IMG/VR virus record: IMGVR_UViG_3300009709_000020
Coordinates: 38,787-102,786 of that record
DNA length: 64,000 bases
Strand: one strand, 5' to 3'
Source: a virus
The notes under the pieces are model-generated. The model was given only the letters and a program-made list of their open reading frames with translations. It had not been told where the DNA came from and did not search any database. The position numbers were made by a program, and so were the translations under genes. Positions 51,113 to 60,078 of this stretch are shown piece after piece; position 1 is the stretch's first letter; every line of letters starts with the position of its first letter.

Positions 51113-51413
51113 TACTAAGAAAATTCAGTCAGACGGAACCATTGAATGGCGGAATGAAGCGGGAGATTTACACCGAGAAAATGGGCCTGCAATTGAATGG
51201 GCAGATGGAGAAAAATGGTGGTGCAAACATGGAAAATTGCACAGAGAAAATGGACCTGCACGTGAATATGCAAATGGAACCAATTATTGGTATCTGAATG
51301 ACATTCGTGTATCTGAGCAAGAACACGCCTGGCGTGTTAAACATGGTTGTATGGGATCAATTGATGCCATGCCGGAAAAATTAAAAATGGAATATCTATT
51401 GGTATTTGGTTAA
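51105..51413 (+). CDS. HRENGPA-repeat protein
   Basis: Two LHRENGPA repeats; ends EYLLVFG; TTGACA-17-TAAAAG promoter at 51054. Confidence 0.75.
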   Translation: MASTKKIQSDGTIEWRNEAGDLHRENGPAIEWADGEKWWCKHGKLHRENGPAREYANGTNYWYLNDIRVSEQEHAWRVKHGCMGSIDAMPEKLKMEYLLVFG

Positions 51414-51463
51414 CATTTTTCTATAAGCATTATACAAAGATTAATAAGTTAATGGAGTTAAAA

Positions 51464-51604
51464 ATGTTTACAGTAATTTATTTGATGTTAGGTGCTGTAC
51501 TTGCGGCGCTGTTTCTTGTTGCAGGACAAATCAGCATTTCGATTGGATTGCTTATCGGAGCAGCTTTTATCATGTTGTTTTGTGCCTTTAAGGGATATTG
51601 GTGA
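51464..51604 (+). CDS. 46-aa two-helix membrane protein, absent from the ORF track
   Basis: GGAG SD; MFTVIYLMLGAVLAALFLVAGQISISIGLLIGAAFIMLFCAFKGYW; TGATG coupling to next gene. Confidence 0.6.
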   Translation: MFTVIYLMLGAVLAALFLVAGQISISIGLLIGAAFIMLFCAFKGYW

Positions 51605-51981
51605 TGGATTATAATCTTTTCCTAGATGATGAGCGACTCCCAGGACATGTAACCTGGGTTGAATTGCCTTCAACAACTTGGCAGGTTGTTCGTGATTTTG
51701 ACGAATTTGTCATGACCGTACAAGAATATGGTCTACCCGTGTATGTCACGTTTGATCACGATCTCGCGGATCAGATGTATGGGCATGGACTGAATGGAGA
51801 TGCTATTCCTTATGAAACCTATACAGAAAAAACAGGTTATGATTGTGCAAAATGGCTTGTGCAGTATTGCATAGACAACAACCTAAAGTTTCCTGAATAT
51901 CAAGTTCATTCGATGAACCCAATTGGTAAGGAAAATATCATCCAGTATATTAATTCGGCAAAAAGATCGGCAGGCATTTAA
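51604..51981 (+). CDS. Cyclic-phosphate-processing receiver-like domain protein
   Basis: LFLDDER.P, TFDHDL, TGYD.AKWL, HSMNP.G..NI. Confidence 0.75.
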   Translation: MDYNLFLDDERLPGHVTWVELPSTTWQVVRDFDEFVMTVQEYGLPVYVTFDHDLADQMYGHGLNGDAIPYETYTEKTGYDCAKWLVQYCIDNNLKFPEYQVHSMNPIGKENIIQYINSAKRSAGI

Positions 51982-52226
51982 TGAACACAGAAGAACTTAT
52001 TACTCTCTTCCTAGAAAACAAAGGAACTCTTATTACCGAAGCATTGCTTTCTCTCGGATTTGTTTCTTCAAAAGGAGAAGCAAAGAAAATGATTGAACAA
52101 AATGCAATTAAACTTGGTTCAAAAAAGTTAACAAATGTGAATGCGAGAATTTTCAACATTGATAATAAACTTGTCATGGTAGAAAAAAATTCTAATGGAA
52201 TTATTGACATTACTACAAAGTTTTGA
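51981..52226 (+). CDS. Stand-alone S4 RNA-binding domain (TyrRS C-terminal type)
   Basis: LITEALLSLGFVSSKGEAKKMIEQNAIKL fits L...L...GL..S..EAR..I.QG.V.I. Confidence 0.7.
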   Translation: MNTEELITLFLENKGTLITEALLSLGFVSSKGEAKKMIEQNAIKLGSKKLTNVNARIFNIDNKLVMVEKNSNGIIDITTKF

Positions 52227-52240
52227 TATATTGATTTATT

Positions 52241-52332
52241 GGATGAGTGGCAGAGTGGTTTATTGCTGAAATCTACTAAATTTCCGAAGGCAGTGATCCT
52301 GCTTTCCGTGGGTTCGAATCCCACCTCATCCT
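52241..52332 (+). tRNA. Class II tRNA with anticodon ACT (Ser, AGU); CCA not encoded
   Basis: Acceptor GGATGAG/CTCATCC; D-loop with GG; anticodon arm GAAAT-CTACTAA-ATTTC; long variable arm GAAGGCAG/CTGCTTTC; T-arm GTGGG-TTCGAAT-CCCAC; promoter TTGACA-17-TATATT at 52204-52232. Confidence 0.88.
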
Positions 52333-52345
52333 CCGGAGATAAAAA

Positions 52346-52747
52346 ATGAAGATTGGTGTAACAGGTACTAGGTCGGGAATGACGGATAAACAAAAACAGG
52401 AAACGACAGATGTTCTGGCTAATATTATTTCTATGGAAGGCGAGCATGAATTTCATCATGGTGATTGCGTAGGAGTTGATGTTGAACTTGCCGAAATTGC
52501 ACAGAGTCTTGGGTTTAAGGTAGTTTGTCACCCGCCAATCAAACATGAACTTCGTGCATACCACGAATCTGATGTTATATTAGAACCACTATCATATTTT
52601 GCACGTAATCGAAAAATTGTAGATAATGTTGATTTTTTGATGGTAGTTCCATATCAAATGGAATGGCAACCATCGGGAGGCACATGGTATACCAGGGATT
52701 ACGCAAAAAAGAAAGAAGTTACTTTTAACGAATTTTGGCCGGCTTAA
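52346..52747 (+). CDS. SLOG-superfamily (Smf/DprA/YspA-like) protein
   Basis: IGVTGTR, HHGDCVGVD, ARNRKIVD, GGTWYT. Confidence 0.75.
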   Translation: MKIGVTGTRSGMTDKQKQETTDVLANIISMEGEHEFHHGDCVGVDVELAEIAQSLGFKVVCHPPIKHELRAYHESDVILEPLSYFARNRKIVDNVDFLMVVPYQMEWQPSGGTWYTRDYAKKKEVTFNEFWPA

Positions 52748-53322
52748 AAAAGCCCGGCCATTCTTTTTAATTGGTCTAGTTGTCTATCGTATTTTGTTGC
52801 CCAACGAAATACCATATCTTTTAATCTCGTAAATAAAGAACTTACTTTACCAAAACTTTCAGATACTTCTCTTGGTTCTACAGTTAATGCCGGACTACGT
52901 TGAGAAGTAGTAATCATGGTTTTCTTAAGGCCCTCTTGAATCTCAATCAATTGAGGAGTCATATGTTTTTCCATTGCTGCCATAATTTCTTTGTATTTCG
53001 GCGTAATAGTTTCTTTTGGATCTTTTGTCATTGAAAAAACAAATGAAATCGTTTCCACGATTCTCGTGGATAATGCATCATCTGCATCAAATAAATCCGC
53101 AACATTTTCTTTAGTCTCTGACTTTACTTCTGCTTTTAGGGCTTTAATCTCTTTTTCCAGTTCCTCAATTTTAAGAAGTTTTTGTGCAAGTTTCGTGTAT
53201 GTTTGGCTGTTATAACTTTGCAGTCTAGCAATAACCTTTCCATTCATATCCTCATAACTTACGTCAGGATTATCACCAATTCTATCTTCAAAAATATTAA
53301 TTAATTCTCTGATACTTACCAT
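52744..53322 (-). CDS. Hypothetical coiled-coil protein, probable head-packaged
   Basis: IRELINIFE leader; ends LKRMAGLF; downstream of the kinase in a - strand late unit. Confidence 0.65.
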   Translation of the reverse strand: MVSIRELINIFEDRIGDNPDVSYEDMNGKVIARLQSYNSQTYTKLAQKLLKIEELEKEIKALKAEVKSETKENVADLFDADDALSTRIVETISFVFSMTKDPKETITPKYKEIMAAMEKHMTPQLIEIQEGLKKTMITTSQRSPALTVEPREVSESFGKVSSLFTRLKDMVFRWATKYDRQLDQLKRMAGLF

Positions 53323-53326
53323 TGTT

Positions 53327-54010
53327 TTAAATTCTTTCTAATCTTTTAGGATTTGTTTCTACCTGTGATCTAATCCATTCTTTTGCTACTGGATTTCTAG
53401 ATGGTGTGTTTAACCAATTATTAATTTTTCTTGCAGCACGTTGGACATTATTTGCGCCACCTTCATTCTGAATGAGATAAAAATTGGGAGTAAATAAATG
53501 TTCTAATTCAGTAATACCGTGTTGTGTTTTTTTCCATGCATCTTCAATAAATTCAGGGTCTACTACACGACCAAAATCAGGACCAGGCGTCGTTGCTCTT
53601 GCTTCGGCACGTTTTAAACTTGTTTCGAGTGACACGTTTACAAAAACCATTGCAGTTTCATAACCCAATGATTCTAATCTGGTTTTGGTTTCTTTGATTC
53701 TAGTAGCATCTCTTGCAGTGCCATCAATTAACAATCCCAATTTACCATCTAAGAATAAATTTTCTTGTTTTTTGTATTGGCGATGGTAATAATCATAGTC
53801 GTTGTGTGGTTGTTTCTTGTTATAGAAATACCAGAATTTATCTAAATTCAATTCCTTTAAACCCGAACCACGAAATAGTTGATGGGCAACCGTTGTTTTT
53901 CCTGCACCCGGACTTCCTGCCATGAAAACCGCTTTAAAAATATGCGGATCATGAATACCTTCTGACAGGATAGGCATTTTGGGGTAATTGATTAGATCGA
54001 TCATTTTCAT
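53327..54010 (-). CDS. P-loop kinase (zeta-toxin/AAA_33-like)
   Basis: AVFMAGSPGAGKT, LLIDGT, MVFV...LETSLKR..AR; start moved to 54010 (ATAAATA-5nt-ATG). Confidence 0.75.
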   Translation of the reverse strand: MKMIDLINYPKMPILSEGIHDPHIFKAVFMAGSPGAGKTTVAHQLFRGSGLKELNLDKFWYFYNKKQPHNDYDYYHRQYKKQENLFLDGKLGLLIDGTARDATRIKETKTRLESLGYETAMVFVNVSLETSLKRAEARATTPGPDFGRVVDPEFIEDAWKKTQHGITELEHLFTPNFYLIQNEGGANNVQRAARKINNWLNTPSRNPVAKEWIRSQVETNPKRLERI

Positions 54011-54015
54011 GAAAC

Positions 54016-54043
54016 TATTTATCGGAACCTGATACAATAAATA
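54016..54043. promoter_or_regulatory. Back-to-back divergent late promoters
   Basis: ATAAATA on - (54022-54016) and on + (54037-54043), each 5 nt from an ATG. Confidence 0.7.
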
Positions 54044-54048
54044 TCATC

Positions 54049-57000
54049 ATGACTACAACACCTGATTTTAGAAAACTCATCGATATCATTAATGAAGCCA
54101 AGGTTCAGCCGGGCGACGTAAAAAATATTCATTTTAAATTGAATAAGCTTGACAAGTTGGAAAAAGAAATACGGGCCCAACAGGTTAATTTGAGCCAAAT
54201 GGGAACCATGAAACTTCCTCCAGAAATTCAGAAACAAATGGATGAGGTAAAAAATAAACTGGCTGAAAAGATTACTGAAATCCAAACTGCTAAAGAGGCA
54301 ATGGAACAACAGTATAATTCTGATACTCGTCCAGTTAAGATGACCAATCTATTCAATGCATTGGCGAAACATTGCAAAGAAATAATCACTGTGTACAAAA
54401 ATTTAAATAAGAATTTTGAATCTTATTCTCCTGGTACCAGACCAAGATTCTTGTTCAGAGGTATTCATGCAGATTCAGATGCGGTATATGGTAAACCATT
54501 TGAAAAACGTAGACCAATGACTTCAAATAGAGGTATTGCTGATGCAGTAAACGAATTGATGACAAAATCTGGTTTTAAAGCAAATCGTGAAAATGCTATG
54601 TTTACTTCTGGTGCATACAGTCAGGCATCCAGCTACGGTAACAAAGTTTATGTTATGTTTCCTGTCGATGGATTCGATTTTTCATATAGTAGAAAGGTAA
54701 GAGACCTTGTATTGGGTTCTGATGATTTTAGAAAAATCATCGACAAAGATGCACAAGATGAATTAATCGATGCGTATGAGAATGATCCGAATTTAAATAA
54801 AGACATTCGTTCAACTTTTCTAAAATCAGACTACAATATGAAAGAAGATGTAGATAAGGTTCAACAAGACATTAATTCCGGCAAATTAGATAAAAAATAT
54901 CAAAAAGCGTTAGATAATTTTTTCTCAGTTGATAAATTAAAAGAGTTTCTAGATTTTACAGACGAAGATATATACAATGCCATCGTATTGCACCACGAAG
55001 TTAATATCAAAGGTGATTACTACGCAGTAAGACAAGATTTTATCCCGCAGTTAGTTGAATTTCTAAAAGAATTCGACTCGTCAAAGGTAAAACTACCTGA
55101 ATCATTCGGTGAAGTTCCGGATATTTTGGATGAAAATACTTGGGTAAAAATTATTGAAGGAAAGAATTCAGGCAAAATAGGTGTTATTACCGGCGAAGAT
55201 GGCGGAAAATATCAAGTATATACCAGCGGAAATGATAGCAATTATTATGTCAAACAACAACTTAACAAATTCGAATTCCCTGAAAATAAAAAACCCGCAG
55301 TATTAAAACCTAACTCGGTAGTAAAAATCATTGACAATGATAGTCCTTATTTTGGTCAAATGGGAATTATTCCTGATTATTCTACCAATCCATTTTATGC
55401 CCCTGTTAATATTTTGGGGAGCACCGAGTATCTTATTTCTACTCAGGTAGAACTTGTCGATACTACGGAAGCATTTAAGCCGGGCAAATTCGTAATTTTG
55501 AATTCAACCTACAACCTTCCTAGTAAATACAAAGGAAAATACGCAGAGATAATGTCGGATATCGGCGGAGATAATGCTGCCCGGCTGGATATTTTCGATA
55601 TTTTTGGTAAAAAACTACAAGAAGATGTTCTAGAAACAGTAAATAACTTTCTTCCTACAGATAAACCAACATTCGTCAAGAAACTTCCTGGTTTTGAAAA
55701 AGGAGACAAGGTTGTTACTACATTCGGCAGTGACATTATATTAACCATCGTAGATGTAAACGAAACGCACGGGAATTTTTATTATACTGCGAAAGCCGAT
55801 CAAGGTACAACTATCAATGATGTAGCAGAAGATCATTTAAAAGTCGCACCAGACCAAGACCACAAATCAGAGAAAATTAAAATAGGCGACAATATTAAAA
55901 TATTGTCCGGTCCTAAGAAAAATTCATTTCAGGTTGTGTCTGCTATAGTTGAAGGTGGATATGCATTTGATAATAATGAGTTTGTAGCAAAAGAAGAAGA
56001 TGTTAAAAAAGTTTTTGCTGCAAAAATGGGAGATTATATTAGAATTCCGATGGATGCTAATTTGGGTTCTGCACTGAAAGGAAAAGTCGGTAAGGTAATA
56101 TGGGCATCCAATTCATCATACGATAATGATATTCAGGTTTCTGTGGTCACGGACAATAATCCAAATTATTCCACTTACACAAACAAATATGCAGTAGAAC
56201 CTATTACAAAAGAAGAATATGATTATGAAACAACTAAACTTGGTTCAAAAGTAGAAATTACGGCTGATACTGAAAATAAAGGGAAAGTCGGAGAGGTAAT
56301 TAACAAAGAAAAAAGTAATTCTTCATCCAGTATTGTTGTTACCGTAAAATTTGATGATGGTTCGACTGAAGATTATGAAATTTCTGAAGTCACACCATAT
56401 GAATACACATTTAAAGTAGGTGACATTGTAACGCGTTCGGAAAGCGGAGATAAATTATATGTTGTTATAACAGATAAAGATGCAGAAGGTGATTATAGGA
56501 TCACTGGGACTGGTGAAACTCATGATTATATATATGCAAACAGTTCTCAAATGGTATATACCGGTGAAACACTTAAACCAGAAAAAATATCAGAAAATGA
56601 TCGGGTTGAATTAATCTTTGGTCCATACAAGGGACAAAAAGGAAAGGTGACATATGTACATGGAAAAAATGTATCGGTGAACCTAGATTCGAATAATAGT
56701 CATGATATGTGGGTAGGATGCGTAAAGAAAATAGAAGATAAACCAGTCGAATATAAAGAAGGCGATAATGTAAAAATTGTCGGTGAACCAGAAAAAGGTC
56801 AAACCGGCACTATTATTCAAGTGGATAAAGATGGTGACATCGAAGTTCAAATTACTTCTGGACCAAATGAAAATGAAAAATATTTTTATGAACCGAAAGA
56901 TTTAACATTAATAACAGATGATTCGGTTGCCATAAACGGCGATTTTAAACCCGGTGATAAAGTAAAAATTGTTGATCAAGACAGCCTGAACGTAGGTGAT

Positions 57001-59133
57001 ACAGGAACGTTCATCGAATATCAAGAAAAAGATGGTAATCCAAAAGGAACAGTTAAACTTAAACTAGACAATGGATCCACTGTAAAAACCTATACTCATT
57101 GGATTGAAAAAGTTGGTTCTGGGTCAGAAAGTATGTCAGGCGAAAAACCATCACAAGACAATGTAAAGAATGGGCAAGAAGTAAAGATTATTTCAGTTGA
57201 TGACGATGATAAGTCCAATGGCATTAAAGTTGGAATGGTTGGTAAAATTGTTAATGCTGGTCATTCATCGACGTTTTGCAATATAAAATTTAATGATCCT
57301 GATGTCAAACCAAATCACACTGGATATAACACCTTGTATTATAGCCAAATAGAATTTGTGGATCCTTCAGAAGAAAATTCATCTGAAAGTACATTAACCC
57401 CAGTAACAAGTTCCAATGCGCAAATAGGGGACATAGTTAAAGTTATTAAATTGGATGATATGGACGATACCAATAATATTAAAATTGGTGATACTGTAAA
57501 ATTAACGAAATATGATCCTCCTATACATGCAGGAAAAGCTGTCTGGGAAACAATCGTAGTTGATGGCAATTGGCAGGACAACGATTGGCAATTTTATCCA
57601 GAGCAATTATCATTGATTTCAGAAGATGAAATTCCTGAACCCGATGATAAAGAGTTTGATTCACCTTTTGATTCCACTGAAGAATCTAATAGCAAATTTG
57701 AAGTAGGTCAACAAGTAGAAGTCATTGAAGTGGACGGGACAGATAAGGCTCAAGGTATTAAAGTAGGAATGACTGGTACCGTTGCAGAAGTAGATGATGA
57801 ATTAATACACGTCAAATTCGATGACTCTTCAGTAAAAACTGGTTCGGCAGGAACCAATTCTATGTATGACTATCAGGTTAAGTTAATTGACCCTAAACAC
57901 ACGGAAGAATCTGGTACCGATTTTAAAGTTGGACAAAAAGTAGAAGTTACTTCAGTTGATTATACTGATACAAAAGCCGGAATTAAAGTGGGTATGATTG
58001 GTACAATTACTGAAATTGACGGAAACTTGTTTAGTATTAAGTTTGATGATCCGTCAGTTAAGAAAAACCCTGACGGAACAAATTATTTGTCTGATGACCA
58101 AGTCAAGTTAGTAACTTCTGCATCACCAACTAACCAACCAGTAACGGAGGTTACTGCTAAAACTGCAAAAATTGGTCAAACAGTTGAAGTGACGGACGTA
58201 GTTGAAGATGATATTGAAGTGGGCATAAGTTTAGGCATGATTGGACAAATATCAGAACTATATTCTGACACAGCATGTTATGTCGATTTTCCGAAAATTG
58301 GCAAACAACTTGTTTTGTATACACAAATAGAATATCCCGAACAACCTAATCAAGATTCACCTGAGGAACTAAAATTCAAGGAAGGTGACAAAGCTGTGAT
58401 TGTTACAGGAATCGGAAAAGGTAAAACTGGAATCATTGGGAAATATATTGCAACCACGGACAAATATGAATTTACCAAAGATGATTCCGGTTTGAAATAT
58501 GAGTTACCTCCTGAAAAATTAGAAAAAGTATCTGATACATCAACAGAACCAAGCGATACTAATTTAAATCCTAATAATGTTGCCCACGGAAACAAAGTGA
58601 CTGCAATTACAGGTGAACATGCAGGAAAGTTGGGAGTAGTTATTGCAGCTTTTGATACAGGGTCGGCAATTGTTAAATTTGATGATGAAAATCATGATAC
58701 AATGATGAAACTTAATAATCTTGAGAAAGTTAACAAAACTGCATCCTCATCAGAAAAACTTGAAAAAGGTGACTATGTAGAAATTCTAATTGGCGACTAT
58801 AAGGGTCGCACAGGTATGGTGTTAAAGAAAGTAGGTACAGGACCATATTATAAAATTGTACTAGATGACGGAAAAACCTCACAATATTCAAAAAATGAGT
58901 TGAAACTCACATCAAAATTTAAGAATCCAAATTCGTTAGATGAGGATCAGGAAAATTCTGAATTAGATTCAATTATTAGTTCATTAGAACAAAAAGGCAA
59001 GCAACTAGGATATTTGACATACGCAATGATTGATCAAGCATTGGGTGAATATGCTGATACTATGTCACGAGAACAAATCAACAACCTTGTTAAACAATTA
59101 GAAAACAAAGGCATCACTCTAAAACCATTTTGA
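54049..59133 (+). CDS. 1,694-aa multidomain protein: ART-like domain + ~19 KOW/SH3-like modules + sigma70 region 1.1-like C-terminus
   Basis: FLFRG...FTS....A..YG...HHEV; repeated FK.GD.V.I..G..KG..G.V; C-terminal KGKQLGYLTY..I...L......S.EQI..L...L...GI.L. Confidence 0.7.
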   Translation: MTTTPDFRKLIDIINEAKVQPGDVKNIHFKLNKLDKLEKEIRAQQVNLSQMGTMKLPPEIQKQMDEVKNKLAEKITEIQTAKEAMEQQYNSDTRPVKMTNLFNALAKHCKEIITVYKNLNKNFESYSPGTRPRFLFRGIHADSDAVYGKPFEKRRPMTSNRGIADAVNELMTKSGFKANRENAMFTSGAYSQASSYGNKVYVMFPVDGFDFSYSRKVRDLVLGSDDFRKIIDKDAQDELIDAYENDPNLNKDIRSTFLKSDYNMKEDVDKVQQDINSGKLDKKYQKALDNFFSVDKLKEFLDFTDEDIYNAIVLHHEVNIKGDYYAVRQDFIPQLVEFLKEFDSSKVKLPESFGEVPDILDENTWVKIIEGKNSGKIGVITGEDGGKYQVYTSGNDSNYYVKQQLNKFEFPENKKPAVLKPNSVVKIIDNDSPYFGQMGIIPDYSTNPFYAPVNILGSTEYLISTQVELVDTTEAFKPGKFVILNSTYNLPSKYKGKYAEIMSDIGGDNAARLDIFDIFGKKLQEDVLETVNNFLPTDKPTFVKKLPGFEKGDKVVTTFGSDIILTIVDVNETHGNFYYTAKADQGTTINDVAEDHLKVAPDQDHKSEKIKIGDNIKILSGPKKNSFQVVSAIVEGGYAFDNNEFVAKEEDVKKVFAAKMGDYIRIPMDANLGSALKGKVGKVIWASNSSYDNDIQVSVVTDNNPNYSTYTNKYAVEPITKEEYDYETTKLGSKVEITADTENKGKVGEVINKEKSNSSSSIVVTVKFDDGSTEDYEISEVTPYEYTFKVGDIVTRSESGDKLYVVITDKDAEGDYRITGTGETHDYIYANSSQMVYTGETLKPEKISENDRVELIFGPYKGQKGKVTYVHGKNVSVNLDSNNSHDMWVGCVKKIEDKPVEYKEGDNVKIVGEPEKGQTGTIIQVDKDGDIEVQITSGPNENEKYFYEPKDLTLITDDSVAINGDFKPGDKVKIVDQDSLNVGDTGTFIEYQEKDGNPKGTVKLKLDNGSTVKTYTHWIEKVGSGSESMSGEKPSQDNVKNGQEVKIISVDDDDKSNGIKVGMVGKIVNAGHSSTFCNIKFNDPDVKPNHTGYNTLYYSQIEFVDPSEENSSESTLTPVTSSNAQIGDIVKVIKLDDMDDTNNIKIGDTVKLTKYDPPIHAGKAVWETIVVDGNWQDNDWQFYPEQLSLISEDEIPEPDDKEFDSPFDSTEESNSKFEVGQQVEVIEVDGTDKAQGIKVGMTGTVAEVDDELIHVKFDDSSVKTGSAGTNSMYDYQVKLIDPKHTEESGTDFKVGQKVEVTSVDYTDTKAGIKVGMIGTITEIDGNLFSIKFDDPSVKKNPDGTNYLSDDQVKLVTSASPTNQPVTEVTAKTAKIGQTVEVTDVVEDDIEVGISLGMIGQISELYSDTACYVDFPKIGKQLVLYTQIEYPEQPNQDSPEELKFKEGDKAVIVTGIGKGKTGIIGKYIATTDKYEFTKDDSGLKYELPPEKLEKVSDTSTEPSDTNLNPNNVAHGNKVTAITGEHAGKLGVVIAAFDTGSAIVKFDDENHDTMMKLNNLEKVNKTASSSEKLEKGDYVEILIGDYKGRTGMVLKKVGTGPYYKIVLDDGKTSQYSKNELKLTSKFKNPNSLDEDQENSELDSIISSLEQKGKQLGYLTYAMIDQALGEYADTMSREQINNLVKQLENKGITLKPF

Positions 59134-59193
59134 CCCAAAATGTTTGACAAACAAATGACATAAGTGTAATCGTCTAGAAAGGAGATCGCATTT

Positions 59194-60078
59194 ATGTCAT
59201 TTGATAAGTTGTTGGGTAGTTTTTTGGGTTTAGCGATCGGAGATGCCGTCGGAACAACACTGGAATTTAAGGTTCGTGATTCATATGTCCATCTGACAGA
59301 TATGGTTGGTGGAGGACCATTCAATCTTCCAGTCGGATATTGGACTGACGATACTAGTATGGCAATCTGTCTTGCTAAAAGTCTGATTCATGCTCCGAAA
59401 TTGAACAAATATGATCTCCTAAACAGATTTTTTGATTGGTACGCAGATGGAGTAAACTCGTCCACTGGAAAATGTTTCGATATCGGCAATGGTACTCTAA
59501 ATGCATTGTTAGATTATAACAACACACTGCAAGTAGAACACAATCACGAAAATTACGTGTCTGGTAATGGATCAATCATGCGACTTGCTCCTGCATTTAT
59601 TGCCAATTCGAATAATTTACGACAAGCAATTTACATTGCACAAGAACAAAGTAAAACTACCCATTCATCTAGAATTTGCTTAGATGCATGTGATCTCCTG
59701 ACAAGAATTTTATTCAATTGCCTGAAATTTAACGATAAGAACAAAATTCTTGATGACATTGATCGCACTCCATACACACATGAAATTCAACACATTTTTA
59801 ATAATTTGCATGTCACTAGGCATGAAGTGGAATCTTCTGGCTATGTGGTTCATACGTTGCATGCAGCAATTTGGTGTGTTTTACAAACATATTCATTTAA
59901 AGAAGCAGTATTGCTGGCAGCAAATTTGGGAGATGATGCTGATACAGTAGCAGCCGTGACAGGACAGATTGCGGGAACTTTATACGGAGCAAATAGTTTC
60001 CCTGAAGAATGGAAAGAAAAAATTCTTGACCATGATCGTTTCATCCAACTTACGGAGGCCCTAATTGAAACTAAATAA
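59194..60078 (+). CDS. ADP-ribosylglycohydrolase (DraG/ARH family)
   Basis: GLAIGDAVG, WTDDT.M, CFDIG, GNGSIMRLAP, GDDADT.AA..G; TTGACA-17-TAATCG promoter at 59144. Confidence 0.93.
   Translation: MSFDKLLGSFLGLAIGDAVGTTLEFKVRDSYVHLTDMVGGGPFNLPVGYWTDDTSMAICLAKSLIHAPKLNKYDLLNRFFDWYADGVNSSTGKCFDIGNGTLNALLDYNNTLQVEHNHENYVSGNGSIMRLAPAFIANSNNLRQAIYIAQEQSKTTHSSRICLDACDLLTRILFNCLKFNDKNKILDDIDRTPYTHEIQHIFNNLHVTRHEVESSGYVVHTLHAAIWCVLQTYSFKEAVLLAANLGDDADTVAAVTGQIAGTLYGANSFPEEWKEKILDHDRFIQLTEALIETK

Noticed and set aside
51100-51297. Alternate-frame ORF over the HRENGPA gene
   Set aside because: Shadow of the motif-bearing 51105-51413 frame
52273-52279. CTA in the tRNA loop as an amber-suppressor anticodon, implying TAG recoding
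   Set aside because: CTA is at positions 32-34; the stem fixes ACT at 34-36. Long ORFs read through in the standard code and TAG terminates terL
51950-52564. 204-aa - strand ORF
   Set aside because: Antisense to the S4 gene, tRNA and SLOG gene; no motifs
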